The notes: generated by a model from the letters alone, not told the origin. A DNA stretch of 64,000 bases from Candidatus Saccharimonadales bacterium (GCA_035480055.1 DATIIB010000009.1:149068-213067), one strand, 5' to 3'; numbered from the stretch's first letter, positions 1-9,620 are shown. Translations and numbers: made by a program.

Positions 1-1
1 T

Positions 2-724
2 GGCGTCAAAGAAGACGTCGTTGATATCATGCTGAACCTCAAGCAAGTTCGCTTCCGCGTCTTTAGCGAAGAGCCACAGATCATTCGTCTGACCAAAAAA
101 GGCGCCGGCCCTGTCACCGCTGCTGACATCAAGACCAACGCTGATGTTGAAGTCGTAAACACCGACGCAGTTATCTGCACCATCGACGACGCCAAGACCG
201 AAGTGGTCATGGACATCGTAGTCGAAACCGGTCGCGGCTACCGCACCGTTGAAGAATCTGCAGCTGTTCGCCCAACCAGCGACATGATCGCTGTTGACGC
301 ACTCTTCAGCCCTGTGGAGCGCGTACGCTACAAGGTTGAGAACACTCGTGTGGGCCAAACCACCGACCTCGACAAGCTGATCTTGACTATCGACACCGAT
401 GGCTCGATCACCCCACGCGACGCCTTTGAGGAAGCAGCTGCCATCCTTATTAACCAATACACCGCTCTCGCTGGCCAAACCCGCGTCGAAGCTGCCCCAG
501 CGCTCACTCGTGAGCACGAAAGCGACGACGACAGTGCCAAGCTGATGACTCCGATCGAAGACCTTAACCTTAGCGCTCGCACCACCAACGCGCTGCTGAA
601 CAACGAGATCCGCACCATTAAAGATCTCGTAACCCTCAGCGACGAAGAACTGCGTGAGCTCAAAGGCTTTGGCAGCAAGGCTCTCGACGAAGTCAAAGAG
701 AAACTAGCGGAGATGGAGCTCTAA
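2..724 (+). CDS. rpoA: DNA-directed RNA polymerase subunit alpha (5' end outside window)
   Basis: Frame open from nt 2 (GVKEDVVDIMLNLKQVRF...). The alpha-CTD segment LNLSARTTNALLNNEIRTIKDLV is present. rplQ follows 3 nt later as in the canonical operon. Confidence 0.95.
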   Translation, partial: GVKEDVVDIMLNLKQVRFRVFSEEPQIIRLTKKGAGPVTAADIKTNADVEVVNTDAVICTIDDAKTEVVMDIVVETGRGYRTVEESAAVRPTSDMIAVDALFSPVERVRYKVENTRVGQTTDLDKLILTIDTDGSITPRDAFEEAAAILINQYTALAGQTRVEAAPALTREHESDDDSAKLMTPIEDLNLSARTTNALLNNEIRTIKDLVTLSDEELRELKGFGSKALDEVKEKLAEMEL

Positions 725-727
725 GTC

Positions 728-1138
728 ATGCATCGCCACGGATATAAAGGACGAAAATTCGGTCGCGAAACAGACCAACGCAAAGCCCTGCTTAAGGGGT
801 TGGCTACTTCGCTGATCGAACACGGTCGCATCGAAACGACCATTGAAAAAGCAAAAGACCTCGTACCCTACGTCGAGGTACTCATTACCAAAGCAAAGAA
901 GGGTGACCTTGCTGCGCGCCGCCAGATTTTAAGCGACGTCAACACTGTTGCAGTTGCGCACAAATTGGTTGATGAGCTGGCTCCCAAGTTAACCGCTCGT
1001 AACAGTGGTCACTTGCGAATCACTCGCACCAAACTACGTGTCGGCGACAACGCCCAGCTCGCAACGGTGGCGTTTGTTGATGACGTACATCAAACCGCCG
1101 CTGAGCCTGCCGCAGTTGCAGAAAGCGAGGAGAAGTAG
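728..1138 (+). CDS. rplQ: 50S ribosomal protein L17
   Basis: MHRHGYKGRKFGRETDQRKALLKGLATSLIEHGRIETT is a typical L17 N-terminus, and the gene sits directly after rpoA. Confidence 0.95.
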   Translation: MHRHGYKGRKFGRETDQRKALLKGLATSLIEHGRIETTIEKAKDLVPYVEVLITKAKKGDLAARRQILSDVNTVAVAHKLVDELAPKLTARNSGHLRITRTKLRVGDNAQLATVAFVDDVHQTAAEPAAVAESEEK

Positions 1139-1140
1139 AC

Positions 1141-1581
1141 ATGAAGAACATGAAGACATTTAGTCAAAAACCAGCTGATGTGACTCGCGAATGGGTCGTT
1201 ATTGACGCATCCGAGAGCACACTTGGTCGTATTTCGACTCTCGCTGCCACTCGACTGCTCGGCAAACACAAGGTAACCTACACCCCACATGTGGACGGCG
1301 GTGATTATGTGATCATCATCAACGCTGGCAAGGTTGGGATTACCGGCAACAAGCTGGAAGACAAAAAATACTACCACCACACCGGTTTTCCTGGTGGCAT
1401 CAAAGAAAAGAACTTGAGCAAAGTCATGGCTGACGATCCTGCTGTGGCAATCACCGCTGCGATTCGCGGCATGATGCCAAGCAACAAGTTGCGCCCTGGC
1501 CGCCTTATGCGCCTCAAGATTTACGCTGGTGCCGAGCACAACCACGAAGCGCAAAAACCCACCAAGATTGGAGTAAAGTAA
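1141..1581 (+). CDS. rplM: 50S ribosomal protein L13
   Basis: WVVIDASESTLGRISTLAATRLLGKHKVTYTPHVDGGDYVIIINA matches the L13 pattern, and rpsI follows. Confidence 0.95.
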   Translation: MKNMKTFSQKPADVTREWVVIDASESTLGRISTLAATRLLGKHKVTYTPHVDGGDYVIIINAGKVGITGNKLEDKKYYHHTGFPGGIKEKNLSKVMADDPAVAITAAIRGMMPSNKLRPGRLMRLKIYAGAEHNHEAQKPTKIGVK

Positions 1582-1582
1582 G

Positions 1583-1978
1583 ATGGCAGATAAATACTTT
1601 TACGGCCTTGGCCGACGCAAAGCAGCTACTGCAAGTGCCCGTCTTTTCGGCGGTAAAGGCACCATCACAATCAACGACAAGCCAGTTGAAGAGTACCTCG
1701 CGCACAACGAGGCAGCCCTTTACGAGCTGCTTACTCCTCTTCGCCTCATTGGCAAAGAGAACGATTTTGATGCAACCTTCCGCGTAAAAGGTGGTGGCAC
1801 TGCCAGCCAGATCGACGCCTGCCGGTTAGCTATGAGTAAAGCACTCGCCAGCATGAACGACGACCTGAACACCACGTTACGCAAAAACGACCTTCTGAAA
1901 CGCGACTCTCGTGAAAAAGAGCGCAAAAAGTACGGTCTTCGCGGAGCTCGCAAGCGCGAACAATTCTCTAAGCGCTAA
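1583..1978 (+). CDS. rpsI: 30S ribosomal protein S9
   Basis: GRRKAATASARL near the N-terminus and the C-terminal RKKYGLRGARKREQFSKR are S9 signatures. Confidence 0.95.
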   Translation: MADKYFYGLGRRKAATASARLFGGKGTITINDKPVEEYLAHNEAALYELLTPLRLIGKENDFDATFRVKGGGTASQIDACRLAMSKALASMNDDLNTTLRKNDLLKRDSREKERKKYGLRGARKREQFSKR

Positions 1979-2002
1979 AGCAGCTCTTGTTCTTGTGCAA
2001 CC

Positions 2003-2027
2003 AAACGCCTCACCAGAGGCGTTTTTG
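2003..2027 (+). terminator. Rho-independent terminator after rpsI
   Basis: AAACGCCTC-ACCA-GAGGCGTTT forms a 9-bp stem followed by a T-run. Confidence 0.7.
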
Positions 2028-2085
2028 GTGTTGCTTAAGGATAGTCTCAGCTTTATAGTTAAGAGCATATTATAAGGAGAGCATA

Positions 2086-3258
2086 ATGAGCCCCGAAGAA
2101 AATAAAGCTACTGATGCCCCAGCACCACAGATGGAAACACCAGCGCCGCCGCCAACTACAGATACGCCCGGAGGTTTTACCCCAGGCATGACGGGTGGCA
2201 AAGCAAAGAATCGCAAGAAACTATACATCATTATAGGTGTCGTACTCGTGGTCGTTATTGCCGCTATTGCTGGCTGGCTGTTCTATAGCCAACCACGCAA
2301 AGTAATGGCCGATGCTCTTGGAAAAACCGTTGGCGCTCAAAGTGGAGTATTCACTGGCAATGTCACGTACAACACCAAGGGTTCGAGCAATGCGGTAAAA
2401 GTATCTGTCGATTTTACTGGCCAGGGCAATAAAAGTAGTAGCCAGCTGGATGCCAAGGGTAAAGTATCAATCGGAGCAGTCGACTTTACGCTCGACACAA
2501 GTTTCCTTAGTGCTGATAAAGCATCGTACTTTAAGATCAATAATGCCAAGCAGATCGGCGATGTGATCAGTGCATTGGCTGGCGGTACCTACAAGGACGC
2601 AGCTACGGCCTACACGCCGCTGCTCACCAAAATTGACAACAAGTGGGTCAAGATCGACCAACAAGACGCTACCGCCGATGTCGGCAAATGTACAACTGCG
2701 CTCGACAGTTTTACTCTGAGCAAAAGCGACCAAAATGCGCTTGAGAAACTCTTTGCAAGTCATGAGTTCATCAAAGCCAAAAAGACGGGCAAGCCCACGT
2801 TCAGCGAAGTGCACTACAATCTAAGCTTCGAAGGAAGCGCGGTGGAACCATTCCTTACCGGCGCTGAAAATCTGGATTCCTTCAAAGCCATCAAGGATGC
2901 GTGTAAAACCGACGACACCATTAAAGGACTCAAGCAGTCCACAAGCACTTCAGACGCGAAAGACACCAAAATGACTGCTGAACTTTGGGTGAACAAGTGG
3001 ACGCACAAACCTACCAAAATTATGATCACCACCGAAGACAGCCAAGCTAAACTAGTCTTTAGCTCCAACATCGACCTTGGTAAAAAGGTGAACGTAAGCA
3101 AACCAGCTAGCTCAACCAACTTGAGTGATATCATTAAGGATTTCCAGACTCAATTTCTGCAGAACACCTTAAAGAGCTCGCTACCAGCTGGGAGTAGCGC
3201 AGAAGACCAAGCTGCCCTAGATCAACTGTTGAATAGCGACGGCGGCAACCTTCAATAA
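2086..3258 (+). CDS. Hypothetical N-terminally membrane-anchored protein
   Basis: 390-aa ORF with a Pro/Thr-rich N-terminus, a basic stretch KAKNRKK, then one hydrophobic helix LYIIIGVVLVVVIAAIAGWLF. No recognisable family. Confidence 0.7.
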   Translation: MSPEENKATDAPAPQMETPAPPPTTDTPGGFTPGMTGGKAKNRKKLYIIIGVVLVVVIAAIAGWLFYSQPRKVMADALGKTVGAQSGVFTGNVTYNTKGSSNAVKVSVDFTGQGNKSSSQLDAKGKVSIGAVDFTLDTSFLSADKASYFKINNAKQIGDVISALAGGTYKDAATAYTPLLTKIDNKWVKIDQQDATADVGKCTTALDSFTLSKSDQNALEKLFASHEFIKAKKTGKPTFSEVHYNLSFEGSAVEPFLTGAENLDSFKAIKDACKTDDTIKGLKQSTSTSDAKDTKMTAELWVNKWTHKPTKIMITTEDSQAKLVFSSNIDLGKKVNVSKPASSTNLSDIIKDFQTQFLQNTLKSSLPAGSSAEDQAALDQLLNSDGGNLQ

Positions 3259-3277
3259 GTAACCACCCTCGCGTCAC

Positions 3278-3316
3278 AAGCGGCCTGTCAGCTCCTCTGG
3301 CGGGCCGCTTTGTTTC
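3278..3316 (+). terminator. Possible terminator hairpin
   Basis: AAGCGGCC ... GGCCGCTT forms an 8-bp stem with a large loop, followed by TGTTTC. Confidence 0.4.
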
Positions 3317-3336
3317 ACGGTATAATAAGGAACAAT

Positions 3337-4371
3337 ATGAGCAAAGAAATTATTTTAACTGGGCTGCGCGCCAACGGCACGTTCCACCTGGGAAATTATC
3401 TGGGTGGCATTCAACCCATGGTCAACCTGCAGCGCGACAAAGCAGGCGAGTACCAAATCAACATGTTTGTGCCCGACCTCCATTCCTTCACTACGCCTGT
3501 CGAGCATCAGCACCTGTTTCGAAGCACCATCACCAACCTCAAAATGTATGTCGCTGCCGGACTTGATGTCCACGACCCTGACACTTTTGTATATCGACAG
3601 AGTTACATCCCCGCGCATTCGGAGATGGCATGGATCTTGGATTGCTTTGCCTACTTTGGCGAGATTAGCCGGATGACGCAGTTTAAAGAAAAATCAGATG
3701 GCCAGGCGAACGTCTCGGTCGCGCTCTTTAATTATCCGGTCCTGATGGCTGCCGATATTTTGCTCTACAATGCCAAGTGGGTGCCTCTTGGCGACGACCA
3801 AAAACAGCATCTGGAGATCACTCGCGATATTGGCGAACGTCTTAATAACAAGTTCGGCACAGAACTCTTTGTCTTGCCAGAAACTTGGGATAAGCAGCTA
3901 CAATTTGCTCAAAGAGAGGTGAGTGTCCGCATTCGCAGCCTTGTTGATCCTACCAAAAAGATGAGTAAAAGTATAAGCGACCCACGCGGCACGATCGAAC
4001 TTACCGACGATCCTGTAGAAGCCGCCAAAAAAGTAATGAGCGCCACTACTGACAGTCTTGGCAAGATTGCATTTAACTTTGCGGAGCAGCCCGGCATCAG
4101 CAACCTGCTGCAAATACTCGCCCTGCTGACTCACCAATCGCAAGCAGCGGTCAACACCGAATGGGAAGGCAAGAACAGCTATGGCGATCTCAAAAAAGCT
4201 GTAGCCGAAGCAGTGCAAGTCTTTTTGACCGACTTCCAGACCAAACTCGCCGCGGTGGACGAAATCGCTTTAATGGCCAAGCTTGAAGAAAGCGAAGAGC
4301 GCATGCGCGAAGCAACAGCTCCGGTCCTATACCGTGTGCAGCAAGCGGTCGGCCTGCGTCCTCAAGAATGA
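3337..4371 (+). CDS. trpS: Tryptophan--tRNA ligase
   Basis: Class I motifs HLGNY (HIGH) and KMSKS are present, and the overall TrpRS-like sequence begins ILTGLRANGTFHLGNYLGG. Start moved to the ATG at 3337 (MSKEII), which has AAGGA upstream; the track ORF start at 3310 overlaps the upstream hairpin. Confidence 0.9.
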   Translation: MSKEIILTGLRANGTFHLGNYLGGIQPMVNLQRDKAGEYQINMFVPDLHSFTTPVEHQHLFRSTITNLKMYVAAGLDVHDPDTFVYRQSYIPAHSEMAWILDCFAYFGEISRMTQFKEKSDGQANVSVALFNYPVLMAADILLYNAKWVPLGDDQKQHLEITRDIGERLNNKFGTELFVLPETWDKQLQFAQREVSVRIRSLVDPTKKMSKSISDPRGTIELTDDPVEAAKKVMSATTDSLGKIAFNFAEQPGISNLLQILALLTHQSQAAVNTEWEGKNSYGDLKKAVAEAVQVFLTDFQTKLAAVDEIALMAKLEESEERMREATAPVLYRVQQAVGLRPQE

Positions 4372-5237
4372 TGAAGCAGCATATAGTTATTCCCCCAGAA
4401 GCAGTTGGCGAACGCGCAGACAAATTTGTGGCCGAGGCTTTGCCAGCGTATAGCCGCTCCTTTTGGCAAAAACAGTTTGCGCTTGGCCGCATAACGGTCG
4501 CCGGGAGTCCGCTCAAAGCATCGGCAGCGCTCGATATTGGGGAATTAGATATCGAACTTCCAGAGGTGGTCGCGATGACCATCGATCTGCCCATTCTGTA
4601 CGAAGACGACGAAGTGGTAGTTATCAACAAGCCCACCGGTATTCTCACTCACGCCAAAGGTGCGATCGTCGAAGAGGCGACCGTTGCTGATTTTATGCGT
4701 CCGCGCACCACGGACGACCCAACCTCCAACCGGGCAGGTATTGTGCATCGGCTGGACCGCGACACCTCGGGCGTACTCATCGCAGCCAAAACACCAGAGG
4801 CCAAGCGGTGGCTCCAAAAACAATTTGCCGAGCGAAAGGTAAAAAAGAGTTATATTGCTTTGGTTGAAGGTCACGTAGAGCCGCCCAAAGCAGTGCTCAG
4901 ACTTCCTATCGAGCGCAATCCCAAAGCGCCGCAAAAGTTCCGCGTGGGCGCCAGCGGCAAACCATCAGAGACTGCCTACGAAGTTTTGGAATATCTCCCG
5001 CGGCATACTCTAGTGGAACTGCGTCCGCACACCGGCCGCACGCACCAACTTCGCGTCCACATGACACACCAAGGCTATCCAATTGTCGGAGACCGCATTT
5101 ACGGTAAGTCCAAACCCGACCATCGGCTCTTCCTTCATGCTCAGACATTAGAGATCACCCTCCCGAATCGTGAACGCAAAGTTTTCACCGCACCTTTGCC
5201 AGATGATCTCACCACATACTTAGAGACTCGCCGATGA
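4368..5237 (+). CDS. RluA-family 23S rRNA pseudouridine synthase (RluD-like)
   Basis: Catalytic motif HRLDRDTSGVLIAAKT, an S4-like N-terminus, and an ATGA overlap with trpS. Confidence 0.85.
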   Translation: MMKQHIVIPPEAVGERADKFVAEALPAYSRSFWQKQFALGRITVAGSPLKASAALDIGELDIELPEVVAMTIDLPILYEDDEVVVINKPTGILTHAKGAIVEEATVADFMRPRTTDDPTSNRAGIVHRLDRDTSGVLIAAKTPEAKRWLQKQFAERKVKKSYIALVEGHVEPPKAVLRLPIERNPKAPQKFRVGASGKPSETAYEVLEYLPRHTLVELRPHTGRTHQLRVHMTHQGYPIVGDRIYGKSKPDHRLFLHAQTLEITLPNRERKVFTAPLPDDLTTYLETRR

Positions 5238-6070
5238 GCGAATTACTGCTGCACCCACAGACCGCCGCCGCCCTGACAAGTTTTGGCAATGAACCACCGC
5301 AAGCCATGCTACTAGTTGGCGCCGCGGGAAGTGGCAAACGATTTGCAGCCGAACAGTGGCTGCGGCAACGGTTGCAGATTGCCCCAACGCACATTCGAAT
5401 AATCGCTCCTGCCGAGAAAGTAGGTATTTCCGTGGCTCAGATCCGGGATCTCTACCATGCCACGCGAAGCAGACAGATTGAAGCTGCCTTTTTTATTATC
5501 GACGGCGCGGGCTCAATGAGTGCCGGAGCGCAAAATGCCTTTCTTAAATTACTCGAAGAGCCAAATTCACTAATTCATTTTATTCTGACCGCCAACACGC
5601 CTGACGAGCTTTTGCCAACCATCCGTTCACGCGTCCAGCAGGTCACTCTCCAACCGGTCAGCAGTGCGACATTAACTGCGTATCTCCAAAAGTTCGACCT
5701 GGACGCCGCCGCTCTCCAGCAAATTATGTTTATTACCGAGGGCAGAGTGGGACTTGCGATGCAGTTAGCCGAAGATCCGGCCCTACTTGCCACCTATCAG
5801 CAGCTAGCCGCCAAGGCCAAGCGACTATTGGCAAGCACTCCATTTGAGCGACTGACCGTGCTGAATGCTATCGCCAGTGATCGGCCTCAGGCCATCACGT
5901 TCTTGGAGATTGCTGCTGGTATGGCCAGTATGCTGTTGCAAAAAGCAGCCAAAACCACCGAGCAACGCACCTGGACGCATCGGTTGAGCGCCATTCATGA
6001 TTGCTTGGAGCGACTCAGCGCCAATGGGAATCTTAAGATTCAGCTTACTCGCTTAGCGCTCACCTTATAA
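5234..6070 (+). CDS. holB: DNA polymerase III subunit delta'
   Basis: LLVGAAGSGKRF (degenerate P-loop), FLKLLEEP and TIRSRVQQV motifs, with an ATGA overlap with the upstream gene. Confidence 0.75.
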   Translation: MSELLLHPQTAAALTSFGNEPPQAMLLVGAAGSGKRFAAEQWLRQRLQIAPTHIRIIAPAEKVGISVAQIRDLYHATRSRQIEAAFFIIDGAGSMSAGAQNAFLKLLEEPNSLIHFILTANTPDELLPTIRSRVQQVTLQPVSSATLTAYLQKFDLDAAALQQIMFITEGRVGLAMQLAEDPALLATYQQLAAKAKRLLASTPFERLTVLNAIASDRPQAITFLEIAAGMASMLLQKAAKTTEQRTWTHRLSAIHDCLERLSANGNLKIQLTRLALTL

Positions 6071-6091
6071 AATGCTATACTATTCATTAAG

Positions 6092-6745
6092 ATGTTAACC
6101 TTATTCTTCATTGCGCTGATTGGCCTCTTTGCCATCTATGCGACCAAAAAATCGGTACGCATGATGGAACCAATGCCGGCCAAAGTAGGAAATCGCCTGC
6201 AACGACTGTGGGACGACTTTCATATTGGCGTTCGCGAGAAAAAATATCTCCGTGCCGAAAAAGCATTGCTCACCATCCTTCGGGTAGACAAAAAGAATGC
6301 CACTGCCTACAACCGCCTGGGTATTTTGTACGCCAAGCAAAAGGCTTTTGCCGATGCGATTGAGTGTTTTGAAATTGCCCAGAGCATTGAGCCAAGCCCT
6401 TCAAGTCTGCATAACCTTGGCCTCATTTATTACGAAACCGGCCAATATCCCAAGGCCGCAAACGCTTTTGAGCGAGCCTTAGCTCTCGAGGACGATCTGG
6501 CCGCCCGGCACATCGCGTACGCCAAGGTTCAAGAGAATTTGGGCAACAAAAAGCAGATCGTGGAATCGCTAGAGACCGCATTTCATCTGGAGCCGAACGT
6601 GCAAACCTTTAATCTGCTCGTCGAAGCGTACGATGAATATGGTCACGCCGAAAAAGCTGCTGAACTCCGCGAACGGATCGAAAAACTCAAGCGCAAACAG
6701 CAAACCCCAGCCCATGTACAACAGCCGCGTAAAGTGGTGATGTAG
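6092..6745 (+). CDS. TPR-repeat protein with N-terminal TM helix
   Basis: N-terminal helix LTLFFIALIGLFAIYA, then TPR-like repeats (AYNRLGILYAKQKAFADAIECFEIAQSIEP, LHNLGLIYYETGQYPKAANAFERALAL). Confidence 0.75.
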   Translation: MLTLFFIALIGLFAIYATKKSVRMMEPMPAKVGNRLQRLWDDFHIGVREKKYLRAEKALLTILRVDKKNATAYNRLGILYAKQKAFADAIECFEIAQSIEPSPSSLHNLGLIYYETGQYPKAANAFERALALEDDLAARHIAYAKVQENLGNKKQIVESLETAFHLEPNVQTFNLLVEAYDEYGHAEKAAELRERIEKLKRKQQTPAHVQQPRKVVM

Positions 6746-6781
6746 TTTGACTGCTACTTAGTTTTATAGTATAATATATTT

Positions 6782-7747
6782 ATGATTACTCCTGAAACAG
6801 GCGGCTCCCGCTTGTCCCGAAGCGTAGCTACGGCCGCGCTGGCAACTGCGGCTTTGAGCGGCCTAAGTGCCTGCGGACACGATGCTCCACCCGACGTCCC
6901 TCGGTGTTTTCCCGAGGCCCAACCGGCAGCTGAACTGCAAGATCACGGCGGATCGCTGCTCAATTTGGATGTCCAAGATGGCAAAGTTACAGGCGATCCC
7001 ATGGTTGTCGAACGAGAAGTTGAGCAAAAAGTAGAGAAAGCTACGGTTCAGGTAAGCGTTCCCGGCGCTTATGGCACCGGCTTTCTGATGGAGAACGACG
7101 AAGGAGACACAGAGCTGATTACCGCAACGCACGTCATAGGATCACACCGACTTTCTGATGTGACCGTGATCGATTATCAGGGCCACCGAACTCATCCTGT
7201 AAGCGGCTGTTATACCTACGAGAAAAAAGGGGAGCAAGTAGCGTTTAAGGCGAACTCGGAAGCAGTTGATATCGACATTGCAGCTCTTAAACTTCAGACA
7301 GTCATTGGCGGATCAGCACTCCGGTTTGCTACGCATCCGCCCAAGCGAGGGCAATGGCTCTTCTACACCAACTACCAGTACGACGCTCCTAATGGGTATC
7401 CTAGGAATTACGCTGGGATGGTGACGGAAGCACATCCGACGCAAACCATTGCCCTCACTGGTCTTCAGGCATGGAGAAATAATGGACCTTACAACTACAG
7501 CTTCTATCCAGGAGGCAGCGGCGGGCCAGCTGTGAATGCAAACGGGGAAGTCGAAGGGATGTCGTATGCAGGCACTCGTAAAGGCCAACACCTTACCCCC
7601 ACTGCGCTCCTACAAGAACCTTTCAAAGTAGTCTTTAACGGCACGCCGATCGGTCAGCAGACAGGACTGCTTCCGACAGAATCGTTACTCACGTCAGAAC
7701 AGCAGTTGAAGAAAACATTTCAGGCGGCGAAGGTAGCAGTACCATGA
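6782..7747 (+). CDS. Trypsin-like (S1 fold) serine protease, probable lipoprotein
   Basis: Lipobox-like LSGLSAC. Triad contexts are TATHVIG (His), DIDIAALKL (Asp) and GGSGGPAV (Ser). Confidence 0.75.
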   Translation: MITPETGGSRLSRSVATAALATAALSGLSACGHDAPPDVPRCFPEAQPAAELQDHGGSLLNLDVQDGKVTGDPMVVEREVEQKVEKATVQVSVPGAYGTGFLMENDEGDTELITATHVIGSHRLSDVTVIDYQGHRTHPVSGCYTYEKKGEQVAFKANSEAVDIDIAALKLQTVIGGSALRFATHPPKRGQWLFYTNYQYDAPNGYPRNYAGMVTEAHPTQTIALTGLQAWRNNGPYNYSFYPGGSGGPAVNANGEVEGMSYAGTRKGQHLTPTALLQEPFKVVFNGTPIGQQTGLLPTESLLTSEQQLKKTFQAAKVAVP

Positions 7748-8841
7748 AAAATCCAGAAGCAGCGCCATCACGTCTTACGCGTGGTGCCGCGATTATTGCC
7801 CTTTCCACCGCAGCCCTGGCCGGCGCCTGTAGTGCTGAGAGCCCTTCTGCCCCACAAATCCCCCGTTGCTCTGCTCAAGCACAGCCAGAGGATGTGGAAG
7901 CGGTTCCAACGCCGCCAGAAATGCCTAGCCCTCCACGTCTTACACATAACGAATCTGCTGCAGAATTCCTCAAAAGTAGGGCAGCATTCAAGCGCCAGAT
8001 GGCAACCTACAAGAAAAAGTGGGACACTTATATCACTGAATCTGACGGCGGACCATTGCTCACATTGCCCGTTGATGACCACGGCGTGGCTGGTGATCCG
8101 GGAGCACTCGACCATGCCATTGATGAACGTGTCAAAGGAGCTACCGTCCTGGTTGCCGCACCTAATTGGCATGGTACTGGTTTCTTAGCAAAGGATAGTG
8201 CTGGTCGGACCAAACTTATCACGGCTATGCACGTTATCGGCAACCAAAAACTCTCCGCTATCACTGTCACCGATCAACAAGGGCATAGCACTCATCCTGT
8301 TAGCGGTTGTTATACATACGAGAAGGACGGCAAGCAAATTCCGTTCCAAGAAGAGTTAGGCGAACAAGTAGTCGATATTGATGTCGCAGCTCTTACTCTT
8401 AAAACCAAGATAGGTACAAGTGCACTGACACTTGCCGTACATCCTCCGAAAAGAGGACAGTGGGTATTTTATAATAATTATCAGGGTCAAGATGCGAAAG
8501 TAAAACATTCCTCTTCCTATACTGGGCTTCTCACGAGTGTCCAAAAAAATCAAATTATAGCCTTAACAGGATTACAGTCTGAAAGGCACGCTGCGGGCGC
8601 AGACAATTACATAAATGGCCCAGGAGCAAGCGGTGGTGCGGTGGTAAATAATAAAGGAGAGGTCGTAGGGGAGTCCTACGCTAGTGGAAAATGGTATAAA
8701 GGCCCAGAAGAACTCCGGGGCTCTCCCTTCAGAATTGTACTAACCGGACAGCAGTTTGGTGACGCCACAGGCTTGCTACCTACTCAGTCATTCCTCGTTT
8801 CAGACGGTCAGTTGCGAGATGCGCTTAACTCGGCTCATTAA
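7744..8841 (+). CDS. Trypsin-like serine protease, paralog of the upstream gene
   Basis: Same layout as the upstream gene: LAGACS, TAMHVIG, DIDVAALTL, GASGGAVV, and the shared HPVSGCYTYEK block. ATGA overlap with the upstream paralog. Confidence 0.75.
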   Translation: MKNPEAAPSRLTRGAAIIALSTAALAGACSAESPSAPQIPRCSAQAQPEDVEAVPTPPEMPSPPRLTHNESAAEFLKSRAAFKRQMATYKKKWDTYITESDGGPLLTLPVDDHGVAGDPGALDHAIDERVKGATVLVAAPNWHGTGFLAKDSAGRTKLITAMHVIGNQKLSAITVTDQQGHSTHPVSGCYTYEKDGKQIPFQEELGEQVVDIDVAALTLKTKIGTSALTLAVHPPKRGQWVFYNNYQGQDAKVKHSSSYTGLLTSVQKNQIIALTGLQSERHAAGADNYINGPGASGGAVVNNKGEVVGESYASGKWYKGPEELRGSPFRIVLTGQQFGDATGLLPTQSFLVSDGQLRDALNSAH

Positions 8842-8861
8842 TCCGTCGTATACTCACGCCA

Positions 8862-8890
8862 TTGCATAATTGCGTCATTTCGATTAAAAT
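8862..8890 (+). promoter_or_regulatory. Putative sigma70-type promoter for the tRNA-Thr/Tyr pair
   Basis: TTGCAT-N17-TAAAAT, ending 11 nt before the mature tRNA 5' end. Confidence 0.45.
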
Positions 8891-8901
8891 GACCTCTGTA
8901 A

Positions 8902-8977
8902 GCCACCTTAGCTCAGTTGGTAGAGCAGCGGTTTTGTAAACCGCAGGTCGTCGGTTCGAGCCCGACAGGTGGCTCCA
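8902..8977 (+). tRNA. tRNA-Thr (anticodon UGU), CCA encoded
   Basis: Hand-folded cloverleaf: acceptor GCCACCT/AGGTGGC, D arm GCTC-AGTTGGT-AGAGC, anticodon stem GCGGT/ACCGC with loop TT-TGT-AA, T arm GTCGG-TTCGAGC-CCGAC. Confidence 0.95.
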
Positions 8978-9030
8978 TTAATCTCACTTGTTCTTGGAGT
9001 CATTCTCCGATAGAATAACAGAGGTTACCT

Positions 9031-9117
9031 GCTGGGGTAGCGAAGCGGCCAAACGCATTTGACTGTAAATCAAACGGCTTCATGCCTTCGGGGGTTCGAA
9101 TCCCTCCCCCAGCACCA
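9031..9117 (+). tRNA. tRNA-Tyr (anticodon GUA), class II long variable arm, CCA encoded
   Basis: Acceptor GCTGGGG/CCCCAGC, anticodon stem TTTGA/TCAAA with loop CT-GTA-AA, long variable arm CGGCTTCATGCCTTC, T loop TTCGAAT. Confidence 0.95.
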
Positions 9118-9130
9118 AACCATAAACACT

Positions 9131-9580
9131 ATGAAATATGCACCTCGTGAAGTTTTTGAACAAATTCTGGAATGGGCAGTCATACCTACTTTTGACCTTG
9201 TTATTGAGATTGAGGACAAGGGCTATCTAATGGTTAGGCGTACCATCGAACCTTACAAAAATGTCTGGGCATTGCCAGGACTTCGCATGTATAAAGATGA
9301 GGGTATCGACGACACTCTCATAAGGATTGCGAGGCAAGAAGTTGGCATTGATATAAATCCTAAAGATAAAGTCCTTATAGGCCAATTTGTTGGTAAGTTT
9401 AAAACCGAACATCAGCGCCAAGACCTTTCAACTGGGTATTACTTAAAGCTACCTGCTAAAACTAAAATTACAATAAACAAAGAGCACTTTTCAGCTTACC
9501 TGCTTACCAAGAAAATTCCTGATGGCACTGGTGCTATGTATAAGCACTACATCAATAGGGTTGCAGAAAATAAGTTCTGA
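9131..9580 (+). CDS. Nudix hydrolase
   Basis: Nudix-box-like GLRMYKDEGIDDTLIRIARQEVGI. Start set at the ATG at 9131 because the track ORF (9059) runs through tRNA-Tyr. Confidence 0.75.
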   Translation: MKYAPREVFEQILEWAVIPTFDLVIEIEDKGYLMVRRTIEPYKNVWALPGLRMYKDEGIDDTLIRIARQEVGIDINPKDKVLIGQFVGKFKTEHQRQDLSTGYYLKLPAKTKITINKEHFSAYLLTKKIPDGTGAMYKHYINRVAENKF

Positions 9581-9620
9581 TCTCGGCAAGGATGCTGCGC
9601 TACAAAAGCTATATCTCTTT

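Noticed and set aside
3310-3336. Longest-ORF starts for several genes (3310, 19673, 24735, 29786, 44382, 46258, 49864, 51224, 51712, 52310, 54185).
   Set aside because: The extensions overlap upstream genes, hairpins or antisense genes and lack an RBS. Downstream starts coincide with conserved N-termini, an RBS or leaderless promoters. The alternatives remain possible for a few (36290, 42087, 55923, 48319).
4369-4371. An alternative genetic code in which TGA is a sense codon, as in some candidate phyla.
   Set aside because: TGA terminates well-conserved genes at the expected length (for example trpS at 4369-4371 and the GT gene at 16574-16576), so the standard bacterial code applies.
9059-9130. 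5' extensions of track ORFs that run through RNA genes: 9059 through tRNA-Tyr, 10605-10856 over tRNA-Thr, and 54092-54451 / 54180-54440 / 54394 over tRNA-Trp.
   Set aside because: The tRNA cloverleaves are unambiguous. Internal ATGs with conserved protein N-termini (9131, 54448) give sensible genes, and the rest are spurious.
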